Shown: positions 9,771 through 19,909, counted from the first letter of the stretch. The stretch is 64,000 nucleotides of DNA from an uncultured archaeon (GCA_964400475.1 CAYNTH010000001.1:819-64818), one strand, 5' to 3'. Program-made: numbers and translations. Notes: generated from the sequence alone by a model not told the origin.

Positions 9771-10693
9771 TGAGTGAAAAAATATCTGTTGTGGTTTGTA
9801 CTATAAACAGGGCCAGTTTGACGGATTGCTTGAAATCTATTTATCAACAGGATTATAACGATATAGAAGTTATAGTGATTTCCCCAGACGAACGCGGTGT
9901 AAAAAAGATATTGAATGATTCATTGGATACGAAAAATCTAGAGTCAACTAAATTTGTACAGTCGCCCAAAGCAAATGTTTCTATACAGAGGAATTTGGGC
10001 ATAATGAATTCTTCGTCTGATATAGTTTGTTTTATAGACGATGATGCAGTTGCAGAAAAATCTTGGGTAACCAATCTGATTAAACATTATTCTGATAAGA
10101 AAGTAATGGCAGTTGGAGGTAAAATAAATCCTAAATTTAAGGGGTCCATACCAGACGAACTCAAAGAACTACCTGATAGTATTTTCAAGGGTTTTTTAGG
10201 TGAGACATTGTTTGAAACGGATGAGACAAAGCGGCTGGATATGCCTCTTCTGTGGGGGTCTAATATATCCTTTAGGAAAGAGATTTTTGACAGGATTGGA
10301 TTTTTCAACGAGGAATTGGGTAGGGCTGGAGACAAATTGTTGTGTGAGGAAGAAATAGATATACAATCCAAAATTCTAGATAAGGGTTATGATATAATCT
10401 ATGAACCATCATCTGTTGTTATTCATTATGTGGGTAAAAATAAACTTAATAGGAATTATTTTATTAAACGTGCATTTTGGCAGGGTTATTCTGAAGTAAT
10501 TAAAATTAAAGGATATTCTGATTTTAGGAAAAATATGGGGAATATCAGAATATCACATTTGCGATATGTGAATAACATAAAGTTTTTAGAATTGCTGTTT
10601 GAATTGGAAAGTTCGCCCAACCTTAAGAACAGTGTAGAAAAGTCATATAGGTTGGGCCGTATTGTGGGTTTGTCGTGCCTCGTTAATCGGTGA
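9767..10693 (+). CDS. Family 2 glycosyltransferase (GT-A fold)
   Basis: ISVVVCTINRASLTDCLKSIYQQDYNDIEVIVISPDE plus the DxD region VCFIDDDAVAE. ATG 9767 forms an ATGA overlap with the upstream stop; the track start is GTG 9761. Confidence 0.85.
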   Translation: MMSEKISVVVCTINRASLTDCLKSIYQQDYNDIEVIVISPDERGVKKILNDSLDTKNLESTKFVQSPKANVSIQRNLGIMNSSSDIVCFIDDDAVAEKSWVTNLIKHYSDKKVMAVGGKINPKFKGSIPDELKELPDSIFKGFLGETLFETDETKRLDMPLLWGSNISFRKEIFDRIGFFNEELGRAGDKLLCEEEIDIQSKILDKGYDIIYEPSSVVIHYVGKNKLNRNYFIKRAFWQGYSEVIKIKGYSDFRKNMGNIRISHLRYVNNIKFLELLFELESSPNLKNSVEKSYRLGRIVGLSCLVNR

Positions 10694-11736
10694 TTTTCTT
10701 GGAAGATATGAGAAAAGATAAAATGTTGTTATATCTGCTGTCGTATTATTCAAACATACCACTTGTTAAACCAGATTTCATAAATTTTGGTTTGACCCAC
10801 AGATGTAATTTGGGTTGCAATATTTGTGAAACATGGGAGGAACGACCCAACGTTGAAGATGAACTAATTCTAGATGATTTGAAGAAAACAATTTTTGATA
10901 TTTCAAAATGGGGTAGGATTAATATCTCTTTTGCGGGCGGGGAACCACTTATACGGAAAGATGATTTATTGCAATGCATAAAATATGCCAGTGGGTTGGG
11001 GTTGGATACACATGTTACAACGAATGGGATATTAATAAATGATAAAACAGCTGCTGAATTGGTGAAATCTGGGTTGGATTATTTGCAAGTATCGTTGGAT
11101 GGAATAAACGAAAAGACGAACGACAGTATTCGGAATGATGGATCTTATGCTGGAGCAATTCGTGCAATAGAAAAAATCAAAAAACACATCGAATTGGAGG
11201 AATCTGATATGAAGTTATCCATTACAACTGTAATTACAGATAAGAATATCGATGAATTATTGGGCATATACACGTTCGTCGAGGAAAATGATTTGCATGA
11301 AGTTTCGTTTAATCCGTATATAGCCGATAACTCCTATACAAAAGATAAAAATTATGAAGATGACGATTTCTGGGTGTCAGAAGAAAATATACCAAAATTA
11401 AGACGTGTATCTGATGAGTTGATAAAATTAAAAAAAGACAGGGGTAAAATAGGCACACCTCTTATAACATTGAAGCTGATGGGTGATTATTTTGAGAAGA
11501 AAACTTCATTTGATTCGGGTATATGCTTGGCAGGATATAGTTATATGTATGTTAAACCCAACGGCGAGGTCGATGTCTGCGGTAAAGGTCCATCAATGAA
11601 CGTCAGAGACAGCAATATAAGAAAGATATGGTATAGCCTAAAATTCGCGAAAACAAGATTAAAGATAACGCAGTGTAAAAAACCTTGTTTGATGTTATGT
11701 TTCCCCCGTGTAAGGTTTAAAGATTTTCTAAAATAG
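10690..11736 (+). CDS. Radical SAM enzyme, array paralog 1 (subfamily A tail)
   Basis: GLTHRCNLGCNICE (CX3CX2C), FAGGEPL, TTNGIL, SLDG..TNDSIRNDGSY. Tail: GICLAGYSYMYVKPNGEVDVCGKGP...CKKPCLMLCF. Confidence 0.9.
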   Translation: MIFLEDMRKDKMLLYLLSYYSNIPLVKPDFINFGLTHRCNLGCNICETWEERPNVEDELILDDLKKTIFDISKWGRINISFAGGEPLIRKDDLLQCIKYASGLGLDTHVTTNGILINDKTAAELVKSGLDYLQVSLDGINEKTNDSIRNDGSYAGAIRAIEKIKKHIELEESDMKLSITTVITDKNIDELLGIYTFVEENDLHEVSFNPYIADNSYTKDKNYEDDDFWVSEENIPKLRRVSDELIKLKKDRGKIGTPLITLKLMGDYFEKKTSFDSGICLAGYSYMYVKPNGEVDVCGKGPSMNVRDSNIRKIWYSLKFAKTRLKITQCKKPCLMLCFPRVRFKDFLK

Positions 11737-11759
11737 AATTTATTATCAATTAGATTGTT

Positions 11760-12857
11760 ATGTTAATCGATTATAAGCGGGAATTGGATTTAATTTTGGA
11801 TTATTTGCTTAGTGTGATTTCTTATAGAACAAATATCCCGTTAGTTAAGCCAACCAGAATTAATTTCGATATAACCAACAGATGTCCATTGAGATGTGTT
11901 ATGTGCAATATCTGCAGGCGAGATCACAGAGAAAATGACGAATTGGAGTTGTCTGAGTTGGAAAGTATAATAGACCAGGCAGTTGAATGGGGTATAGATA
12001 ATATCTCTTTTGCAGGCGGCGAAACCCTGGTGAGGAAAAATGATGTTTTGGAATTGATAGATTATTGTAGTTCGAAAAATATGACAACATCTCTGATCAC
12101 GAGCGGTACAATATTCGACAAAAAAACATTTGACAAAATTTTTGAATCTGGTTTGGACAAACTTACAATATCACTCGATGGTGCAACAGAGAAAACCCAC
12201 GATTATATCAGAGGAAAGGGTGCGTTTGAGAAGGCTATGCGAACTGCAAAATATTTCTCAAATAATAGAAACGGCAAGAAAAACCTTGAATTAGAGTTCG
12301 CAACATGTGTCATGTCTTATAATTATATGGAATTGCTAGACATTTATGAACTCATGAAAGAGGTTGGTTTTGATTTTGTAAATTATCAAGCTGTTGTTCC
12401 AGACAACAATTATTCGAATTTTAATAAGTCTGTGTATGATGTAGATTTTTGGTTAGATAGTGGCGAATCAAATAATCTGAGATCGATAGTTAACAAATTG
12501 ATAAAATTAAAGGAGGAAGAAGGTAAAATACGGAATAGCAAATACTATCTTAAAAAGATGCCTGATTACTTTATATTAAAAAACGAATTCAACCCCGGGA
12601 GATGTATGGCAGGATATAGGGTGATTAACATAGACCCGTATGGTAATATCAATATCTGCGGCCTTGGCCCTAATCTGAATGTGAGGGATGCGCCATTGAG
12701 GGAGTTATGGACACATGATGAATTCAAGAAGACCAGGATAAAGATAAAAGACTGCAAGGTTCCATGCATGATGTTGTGTTACGAAAAATTGGTTTTTATG
12801 GACCTATATAACAGTTGGATTGACAAAAGGATAGGTGAAGAATTACATGATGAATGA
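11760..12857 (+). CDS. Radical SAM enzyme, array paralog 2 (subfamily A tail)
   Basis: DITNRCPLRCVMCN, FAGGETL, SLDGATEKTHDYIRGKGAFEKA. Tail: GRCMAGYRVINIDPYGNINICGLGP...DCKVPCMMLCY. Confidence 0.9.
   Translation: MLIDYKRELDLILDYLLSVISYRTNIPLVKPTRINFDITNRCPLRCVMCNICRRDHRENDELELSELESIIDQAVEWGIDNISFAGGETLVRKNDVLELIDYCSSKNMTTSLITSGTIFDKKTFDKIFESGLDKLTISLDGATEKTHDYIRGKGAFEKAMRTAKYFSNNRNGKKNLELEFATCVMSYNYMELLDIYELMKEVGFDFVNYQAVVPDNNYSNFNKSVYDVDFWLDSGESNNLRSIVNKLIKLKEEEGKIRNSKYYLKKMPDYFILKNEFNPGRCMAGYRVINIDPYGNINICGLGPNLNVRDAPLRELWTHDEFKKTRIKIKDCKVPCMMLCYEKLVFMDLYNSWIDKRIGEELHDE
12657..12783. repeat. 127-bp perfect identity tract shared by paralogs 2 and 3 (partner 13750-13876)
   Basis: Base-by-base comparison by eye: tgcggccttggccctaatctgaat...gatgttgtgttacg is identical in both genes and lies in frame in both. 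Confidence 0.9.
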
Positions 12858-13920
12858 TATTCATAAAAAATTTGATTATGTTAAGAGATATCTCGGTTAT
12901 TTGTTATCACATGAATTTAATTATCCATTATCCCATCCTAAGGAATTAAATTTTCAGGTTACCAACAGGTGTCCGTTGAATTGTATAATGTGCAACATAT
13001 CTAAATTGTCCCCATCATCTAACGAGATGACATATGAAGAAATGAGAGATGTTATAGATCAGGTAGTTGATTGGGGAGTGGAATATATTTCTTTCGTTGG
13101 AGGAGAGGCCTTAGTTAGAAAAAATGATACTTTAAGATTGATAAAATATTCAAACGAGAGAGGATTTCATACAACTTTAATATCTTCTGGTTATTTTCTC
13201 GATAGGAAAGTTTGTAAAGAGTTGATAGACAACGGTTTAAACAGGTTAACGATATCACTCGATGGTGCAACAGAGAAAACCCACGATTATATCAGAGGAA
13301 AGGGTGCGTTTGAGAAGGCTATTAGCAGCATGGGGAAACTTGTCGAATTGAGAGGTAAAGTGTCAAATTGTGACTTGGCACTCGATTTTTCCACAGTCAT
13401 TATGTCTCATAATTTTAGGGAGTTAGTGGACATATATAGATTGGCTAAGAACATCGGAGTCGACCGTATATTCTATCAAGCCGTTGTTTTAGATAATACT
13501 TATGAATCTGGTCCGTCTGGATATAATGGATGTGATTTCTGGATAAACGAAGACGATATGAATGAATTTGAAAACGTTGTTGATAAATTAATAAAAATTA
13601 AAGAAAATGATAGCGATTTCTTGTTTAATTCACGCACATATTTGGAATTATTACCGGATTATTTCAGGCTGAAAAACGAATTCAACCCTGGGAGATGTTT
13701 GGCCGGATATATGAATTTGAATATAGACCCCTACGGCAACATCAGTGTGTGCGGCCTTGGCCCTAATCTGAATGTGAGGGATGCGCCATTGAGGGAGTTA
13801 TGGACACATGATGAATTCAAGAAGACCAGGATAAAGATAAAAGACTGCAAGGTTCCATGCATGATGTTGTGTTACGGTAAATTTGAACCCAAAGAGATGA
13901 TTAAGCATTTATTAGATTGA
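12835..13920 (+). CDS. Radical SAM enzyme, array paralog 3 (subfamily A tail)
   Basis: QVTNRCPLNCIMCN, FVGGEAL, SLDGATEKTHDYIRGKGAFEKA. Tail: GRCLAGYMNLNIDPYGNISVCGLGP...DCKVPCMMLCY. Overlaps paralog 2 by 23 nt. Confidence 0.9.
   Translation: MKNYMMNDIHKKFDYVKRYLGYLLSHEFNYPLSHPKELNFQVTNRCPLNCIMCNISKLSPSSNEMTYEEMRDVIDQVVDWGVEYISFVGGEALVRKNDTLRLIKYSNERGFHTTLISSGYFLDRKVCKELIDNGLNRLTISLDGATEKTHDYIRGKGAFEKAISSMGKLVELRGKVSNCDLALDFSTVIMSHNFRELVDIYRLAKNIGVDRIFYQAVVLDNTYESGPSGYNGCDFWINEDDMNEFENVVDKLIKIKENDSDFLFNSRTYLELLPDYFRLKNEFNPGRCLAGYMNLNIDPYGNISVCGLGPNLNVRDAPLRELWTHDEFKKTRIKIKDCKVPCMMLCYGKFEPKEMIKHLLD
13750..13876. repeat. 127-bp perfect identity tract (partner 12657-12783)
   Basis: See the partner entry. 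A second perfect 71-bp tract links 12168-12238 with 13252-13322, and the sequence between the two tracts is strongly diverged. Confidence 0.9.
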
Positions 13921-13924
13921 TAAT

Positions 13925-14959
13925 ATGATTGATGATAGATTCGACAAAGTTTGCAAAGCAATCAACAGTGGGTGTAAAGTTGGCCCTGAGAAAGTTATGA
14001 TATCCCCTACCGATTATTGTAATTTAAATTGTGGTATTTGCTGGAGAAATGAAAAAGAAGAAAAATATGATGAACTCACCCTGGATGAAATAAAATCAAT
14101 ATTGGAAGAATGTAAAGAGATGGGTGTTAGGATCATAGATTTTACTGGAGGAGGGGAACCGTTTATCAGGCATGATATATTCGATATAATGAAAATGATT
14201 AAAGATTTTGGTTTTTTCGGTACACTTACAACTAATGGAACATTATTGGATAAGGATAAGATTATGAAAATTGTCGATATTGGCCTGGATGATATATGTT
14301 TTTCACTGGACGGGCATACCGCTGCGATAAATGATTCTATACGGGGCAATGGTGTTTATTCAGATGTTATAAAATCGATTAGATTATTGAAATCCATGAA
14401 GAATGATTGTAGTTCGGATTTGCCTGTAATTAGAATAGGTACTGTCATCACCTCTAAAAATTTCAAACACCTAGACGATATTGTAGAATTGGCCCATGAG
14501 TTAGACATAAATGCCATAAATTTTTCTGTTTTGATTGAATGGGAGTCGAATAGGAGTTTTTGGATGAGGGATATCGATGAAGACCATATACATAAAGAAC
14601 TTGCCATGGCCAAGAGAAAATGCGACAAATACAGTATAAATTCTAATATAGAAAGTATTCTGGAGTTTGGGGTTTTTGAACACAAGACGCCTGATTTTTG
14701 TTTTGCCCCATGGGAAATGGTCTTTATTAATGCTAGTGGAGATGTTATGGCATGTTGTACACTTGCCAGTCTTTATGAAAATATTATTGGCAACATCAAA
14801 GAAAGTTCTCTTAGGGATATTTGGTACGGGGAAAGGATGGAAAAATTTAGAAAAATGATTATAGATCACAACTTACCAAAAAATTGTAAAAAATGCATAC
14901 CCGATTTTACAAAACAATACAATAAAAAATATAATAAAATGGTATCGATCAATGGATGA
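13925..14959 (+). CDS. Radical SAM enzyme with SPASM/Twitch-type tail, array paralog 4
   Basis: SPTDYCNLNCGICW, FTGGGEPF, TTNGTL, SLDGHTAAINDSIRG. Tail: FCFAPWEMVFINASGDVMACC...NCKKC. Confidence 0.9.
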   Translation: MIDDRFDKVCKAINSGCKVGPEKVMISPTDYCNLNCGICWRNEKEEKYDELTLDEIKSILEECKEMGVRIIDFTGGGEPFIRHDIFDIMKMIKDFGFFGTLTTNGTLLDKDKIMKIVDIGLDDICFSLDGHTAAINDSIRGNGVYSDVIKSIRLLKSMKNDCSSDLPVIRIGTVITSKNFKHLDDIVELAHELDINAINFSVLIEWESNRSFWMRDIDEDHIHKELAMAKRKCDKYSINSNIESILEFGVFEHKTPDFCFAPWEMVFINASGDVMACCTLASLYENIIGNIKESSLRDIWYGERMEKFRKMIIDHNLPKNCKKCIPDFTKQYNKKYNKMVSING

Positions 14960-16049
14960 AAAAATCAAAAGGTTGTTGAAATGGGCGAATGGTGGTAAAG
15001 CGGGGCCTGTTAGGATAGAATTGCATCCCACAGATAAGTGCAATCTCAATTGTAGGTTCTGTTGGCAGAGTACTGTCGAAAATCCGGATTACAGTAAAGA
15101 ATTGAGCGAGGACAAAATACTTTCGATTATCGATGAAGCAGCTTTGATGGATGTAAGGGAATGGATAATTTCTGGCGGAGGGGAACCGTTTATGCGACGT
15201 GACACTACTATGAAAATTTTGAAAAAGATAAAGAAATATGGGATGTGGGGCCAATTGACCACGAACGGAACCCTTATTCAGGATTCTGATATAGAGATTC
15301 TCGTGAGAATTGGATGGGATCAGATACAATTTAGCATAGATGGACCCAATGCAGATATACATAATTATCTCAGACGGGGGGACGATGCTTTTGAAAAGGC
15401 CATCAATAATGTTGAAAAATTTTCTGCTATGAAGAAAAAATTGGGACTGACTAAGCCTTATATAGGATTTAATATGGTTTTGAACGCAATGAACTATGAT
15501 AAGATACCTGATATGATACGTTTGGCAGATAGTGCAGGGAGCCAATTAGTGTATATAGAACCCATTTATCCAGGGTATTTGAGCAATGAGAGACTGAGTT
15601 TAAATGATGATGAAAAAAAGGAACTTAAATATCATATAAAAGATACCATAAAAATCTCTAAGGAACTCGGAGTCAGTACGAATGCGGATCACTTTTTCCA
15701 GAAGTATCTAATAGATAAGGACAAATTCGATAAAACTATCCTTAATGAAGTATCTGGAACGAATAACACCATGTCGAACGCACCTTGTTATCAGCCATGG
15801 TATTTAATGGGGATAAAAGGATCTGGATTCGCTGGATGTTGCTCTACATTTGAGGAGGGAGAATTCATCCATGAAAAAAGTCTATCAGATGTTTGGTACG
15901 GAGATATTTTCGACAAAGTTAGGGACAGAATGATAGAAAAAAATATACCAGATTATTGTTCTAAATGTAGTGTCGTAGTGATGATGGACAATAAAAAGAT
16001 TCGTGAGAAATTTAAAAAACGAATAAGCAATGCTAATTCAAATAATTGA
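14952..16049 (+). CDS. Radical SAM enzyme with SPASM/Twitch-type tail, array paralog 5
   Basis: HPTDKCNLNCRFCW, ISGGGEPF, TTNGTL, SIDGPNADIHNYLR. Tail: PCYQPWYLMGIKGSGFAGCC...YCSKC. 8-nt overlap with paralog 4. Confidence 0.9.
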   Translation: MDEKIKRLLKWANGGKAGPVRIELHPTDKCNLNCRFCWQSTVENPDYSKELSEDKILSIIDEAALMDVREWIISGGGEPFMRRDTTMKILKKIKKYGMWGQLTTNGTLIQDSDIEILVRIGWDQIQFSIDGPNADIHNYLRRGDDAFEKAINNVEKFSAMKKKLGLTKPYIGFNMVLNAMNYDKIPDMIRLADSAGSQLVYIEPIYPGYLSNERLSLNDDEKKELKYHIKDTIKISKELGVSTNADHFFQKYLIDKDKFDKTILNEVSGTNNTMSNAPCYQPWYLMGIKGSGFAGCCSTFEEGEFIHEKSLSDVWYGDIFDKVRDRMIEKNIPDYCSKCSVVVMMDNKKIREKFKKRISNANSNN

Positions 16050-17215
16050 ATTTATATTTGTTCAATATGGATCTCGATACCATCCGATTAGAACGAAATA
16101 AGAGATTGTTGAAGTGGGAATCCGGTAAGACAGCCCCGCCACTGAGATTGATAGTTTTTCCTACCGCTAAATGTAATCTTCAATGCAGGATGTGTAAAAG
16201 AACACACAATTATCCAAATTCTTATACCGAAAATCTGGAATTAGGTGAAATGCCAATTGATAGATGGATAAAAATAACAAAAGAAGCCATAGAGATGGGT
16301 GTCAAAGATTGGTGGATACCTGGCTCGGGTGAACCTATGATGAGGTCAGATGCGGTGGTCAAAGTAGTGGAAGAGGTTAAATATCATTCAGATGATTCCA
16401 ATATAATGTTAACTACCAATGGCACACTTTTCACACCCCTGATAATAAGGAAATTTGTCAAACTAGGGGTTGATAGAATACAATTCAGCTTGGATTCAGC
16501 TGATCCTAAAATACATGATAGTATTAGAGGTGTTAAAGGTAGTTTCTATAGAACAATAAAAAATATCAGGCTTTTTAACTATTATAAAAAAATTTTTGAT
16601 ACTGACAAGCCCGACATGTATGTCAATTCTGTTATTACAAGAAAAAACTATACGAGTCTAGATAAATTAGCTGAGAAGTCTAAATTTTTAGGATGCAGTA
16701 GGATAAATTTGAATGAAATGATAGTCTATGACAAAGCAACCCCCAAAATAAAGGATTTAGTAATTTTAGATAAATCGAAAATAAAAGGCGAAATTGAAAA
16801 TTTGAAATCGTTTGGAAGCGCTGATAATTTTGATGTTTCAATAAGGATCGATACCGGGCCAGAAAAAAAAGAAATAACAAATGATAGATGTATTGGGAAA
16901 AGGAACAAAAATCAGATTATTGAGCGTAAATTCCTATCCCTCCCCTGTTTTGAGCCGTGGTACAGTATAAGTATAGACCCATACGGTTTCATTTCTCCGT
17001 GTTGCAATTGGGGAAAAGGTAAAGAAGAGTTTTCTATAGTGGGTAAGTCTCTATCAGAAGTATGGTATGGGGAATATATGGAATATTTCAGAGATATGAT
17101 CAGTGAGGGAAGATTAGAAGGACCTTGTAGAGGATGTAATATGAAATTTGTGTCAGATGAGATATCGAAAGAACTTAAGGATTATCAGACTTCAAATAAA
17201 AAAATAAGTATGTAG
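16046..17215 (+). CDS. Radical SAM enzyme with SPASM/Twitch-type tail, array paralog 6
   Basis: FPTAKCNLQCRMCK, IPGSGEPM, TTNGTL, SLDSADPKIHDSIRG. Tail: PCFEPWYSISIDPYGFISPCC...PCRGC. The start may be ATG 16067. Confidence 0.9.
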   Translation: MNLYLFNMDLDTIRLERNKRLLKWESGKTAPPLRLIVFPTAKCNLQCRMCKRTHNYPNSYTENLELGEMPIDRWIKITKEAIEMGVKDWWIPGSGEPMMRSDAVVKVVEEVKYHSDDSNIMLTTNGTLFTPLIIRKFVKLGVDRIQFSLDSADPKIHDSIRGVKGSFYRTIKNIRLFNYYKKIFDTDKPDMYVNSVITRKNYTSLDKLAEKSKFLGCSRINLNEMIVYDKATPKIKDLVILDKSKIKGEIENLKSFGSADNFDVSIRIDTGPEKKEITNDRCIGKRNKNQIIERKFLSLPCFEPWYSISIDPYGFISPCCNWGKGKEEFSIVGKSLSEVWYGEYMEYFRDMISEGRLEGPCRGCNMKFVSDEISKELKDYQTSNKKISM

Positions 17216-18825
17216 TGGGAACAATGGTAAAAGTAAAACTCATTTACGTCCCAAGATATTACAGTGGTGGGAAATTCGGATTCGGATATAGTAGATCACA
17301 CACCTTTACACCACCTTTAGGTATATCTATTTTAACATCATTGTTAAAAAAATTCGATATATATGTGAAACAAGACGATTTAGACGCGAGGATATTTTTT
17401 AATAATCCAGAAACGAGAGAAGATCTTAAAGTATTCGATGATAAAGCGCGTATAGAAGCCTTTTTAGACACAGCATATGATAGTGAGTTAGAGAGAAGAG
17501 CCGAAAAAATGCTTGAAAAAACAGAAATTAAAGGATACGATTTGATTGGTTTATCACTGTGTGGTCAGCATAATTTTTCTGTTATAGGAACGTGCGTGGT
17601 ATTGGCAAAATTGATTAAGGAAAAAACAGGCGCTAAAATTATAGTTGGTGGCGTTGATAAGAATGAATGCATGATAGAATTTTCTAAGTTAGTAGATTTT
17701 GATTATATAGATTTTGTTGTTTCTAGTAAAGGTGAAGAGGCTCTTTTGAATATTTGTCTCGAATTGGAAAATACTGGGGAAGTGGATCTTAAGATGGACA
17801 ATTTGTTTTATGTTGGTATGAAGGATGCTGATAAGAAACCAAAAATAAATATACAACCCTGGAACGATCTTTTAAAGCCAGATTTCGATGGGTTACCTCT
17901 TGATCTTTACCGATATAATCCGTATGAAGAATACGAGGATTTGAATCCATCTTTTGAAACGAATCTAAGAATTTTGATGCTGCCGTACGCGTTCACGTAT
18001 GGATGTCCAAACAATTGTGCATTTTGTTCTGAATATGAAAATAATTTTACTTACAAAAAAATACAGGATGTAATTGAAGACTTGAAATTTTTAAAAGAAA
18101 GGTACAACACGAAATATTTTTTCTTTTTAGTGAATAACATTAACCCATGGTATAATTATGCAGAGGAGCTTGCAGACGAGATAGTAAATCAAGATTTAGA
18201 TATAATGTGGACGGCTTGTGCCAATTTTAGCAATATGGATAAGAATCTACTTCATAAATTTAAGTTGTCTGGGGCTGTACGTTTGATTTATGGATTAGAA
18301 ACGGCCAGCAATAAGTTATTAAAATATGTTTTAAAGGGATTTACCCGTGAGAAGGCACGCAAAATGTTGGAGATTTCTGATAAATTTGGGATATGGAACG
18401 AGATAGAAATGATATCAGGATTACCGTTCGAACGAACCGATGATATAAAGACTAGTAAAGATTTTATCAGTCAAAATAAAGATTATATAAATTCATGCCA
18501 TCTCAATAAATTCATGCTCAAGAAGAGCTTATTCCTTAAATTTCCAGAAAGGTTTGGATTGACCAATACCAGTAGAATATCGCGCCCTTTCTATTTTTAT
18601 AGATTTGATGAAATAAACGGGTTAAAGTGGGCAGAAAAAGTTAAACAAATAGAAGATTCGTATAATGAATTACACACTGTAATAAATAACGAATTTCATT
18701 CAAAGGGATGGAAATATTATAGACCGAGTTCGAATTTCCCATTTTTGCTATATTTCTATGCAGTTATTGGAAATAAAGATGAAGTAGAATCGATTGTTTA
18801 TTCCAACACAGAATTTGGTGTGTGA
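17215..18825 (+). CDS. B12-binding-domain-type (class B-like) radical SAM enzyme
   Basis: N-terminal Rossmann-like region (PPLGISILTSLL..., IGLSLCGQHNFS...AKIIVGG) followed by AFTYGCPNNCAFCSEY (CX3CX2C). 536 aa. Confidence 0.8.
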   Translation: MGTMVKVKLIYVPRYYSGGKFGFGYSRSHTFTPPLGISILTSLLKKFDIYVKQDDLDARIFFNNPETREDLKVFDDKARIEAFLDTAYDSELERRAEKMLEKTEIKGYDLIGLSLCGQHNFSVIGTCVVLAKLIKEKTGAKIIVGGVDKNECMIEFSKLVDFDYIDFVVSSKGEEALLNICLELENTGEVDLKMDNLFYVGMKDADKKPKINIQPWNDLLKPDFDGLPLDLYRYNPYEEYEDLNPSFETNLRILMLPYAFTYGCPNNCAFCSEYENNFTYKKIQDVIEDLKFLKERYNTKYFFFLVNNINPWYNYAEELADEIVNQDLDIMWTACANFSNMDKNLLHKFKLSGAVRLIYGLETASNKLLKYVLKGFTREKARKMLEISDKFGIWNEIEMISGLPFERTDDIKTSKDFISQNKDYINSCHLNKFMLKKSLFLKFPERFGLTNTSRISRPFYFYRFDEINGLKWAEKVKQIEDSYNELHTVINNEFHSKGWKYYRPSSNFPFLLYFYAVIGNKDEVESIVYSNTEFGV

Positions 18826-19901
18826 TTATGACTGAAAAAACAGATAGATTGAAAAAATGGATGAATGGTGGGGAAGCCCCCCCAACAACAATGGAAATTA
18901 ACATAACCAACAGATGTAATTTGAAGTGTTTGTCGTGTTGGCAACGTAGCGGGAATATTAATTATGATGAACTGAGTTCCGAAAAATGGTTGGAGATTGT
19001 AAAAGATGCTGGTGAGATGGGCGTTGAAGAAATTAGAATTCCAGGAAGTGGCGAACCTCTTATAAGAAGCGACTTGGTTTTAGATATAATGGAAGAATCT
19101 AAAAAATATGGAATGAATGGTCTTATTATAACCAATGGGACGTTGTGGACGGATGAATTGGTCGAGAAGGCGATTAATGTCGGGTGGGACAATGTTACTT
19201 TCAGTATAGATGCACCTGATGCCGAGACCCACGACTATCTGAGGGGTATGGACGGTGCATTCGATAAAGCAATGAAATGGTTACGGAAGTTTAAGCATAT
19301 GAAGAGAAAAATGGATGAGACTCTTCCACTTCTGCGATTAAATGTAGTTTTGAGTAATGAGAATTTTGATAAGTTGGATAGAATGATGGAATTTGCCCAC
19401 ATAAATGGTTGCGATTCTCTTTCTCTTCAGCCAATGACGATATTTTCTCCTTTAGGTGAGAGATTAAAGCTAAACGATGAACAAATAAAGGAGTTGCCAG
19501 AGAATATTAAAAGAGCAAAAAGAATTGCAGATAAATATTCAATCTATACAAATGTAGATGATTTTGTTGATTCAGATATCGTTAAAAAAACCAATAAAAT
19601 GGATGAAGTGATAGCTGAAAAAATAGACGATTATAGTAATGAATTCCTATCCCTCCCCTGCTTCGAACCATGGTATAATATCATAATAATGCCTAACGGG
19701 ACAATGGGTCCTTGTAGTATGTTCGGGGGCGAAAAGGGCATAAGTCTGAAAAATAAATCTCTATCAGAAGTATGGTATGGGGAATATTTTACAAATATTC
19801 GGAAAAGATTACTAAATAAAAATCTCTTCGATTTTTGTAAAAATTGTTGTGTTGTTGTTTTTGAAGAAAATAAAAAAATCAGAGGAGAACTTTCAAAATA
19901 G
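18822..19901 (+). CDS. Radical SAM enzyme with SPASM/Twitch-type tail, array paralog 7
   Basis: NITNRCNLKCLSCW, IPGSGEPL, ITNGTL, SIDAPDAETHDYLRGMDGAFDKA. Tail: PCFEPWYNIIIMPNGTMGPC-x40-CKNCC. Confidence 0.9.
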   Translation: MIMTEKTDRLKKWMNGGEAPPTTMEINITNRCNLKCLSCWQRSGNINYDELSSEKWLEIVKDAGEMGVEEIRIPGSGEPLIRSDLVLDIMEESKKYGMNGLIITNGTLWTDELVEKAINVGWDNVTFSIDAPDAETHDYLRGMDGAFDKAMKWLRKFKHMKRKMDETLPLLRLNVVLSNENFDKLDRMMEFAHINGCDSLSLQPMTIFSPLGERLKLNDEQIKELPENIKRAKRIADKYSIYTNVDDFVDSDIVKKTNKMDEVIAEKIDDYSNEFLSLPCFEPWYNIIIMPNGTMGPCSMFGGEKGISLKNKSLSEVWYGEYFTNIRKRLLNKNLFDFCKNCCVVVFEENKKIRGELSK

Positions 19902-19909
19902 GTTATTAC

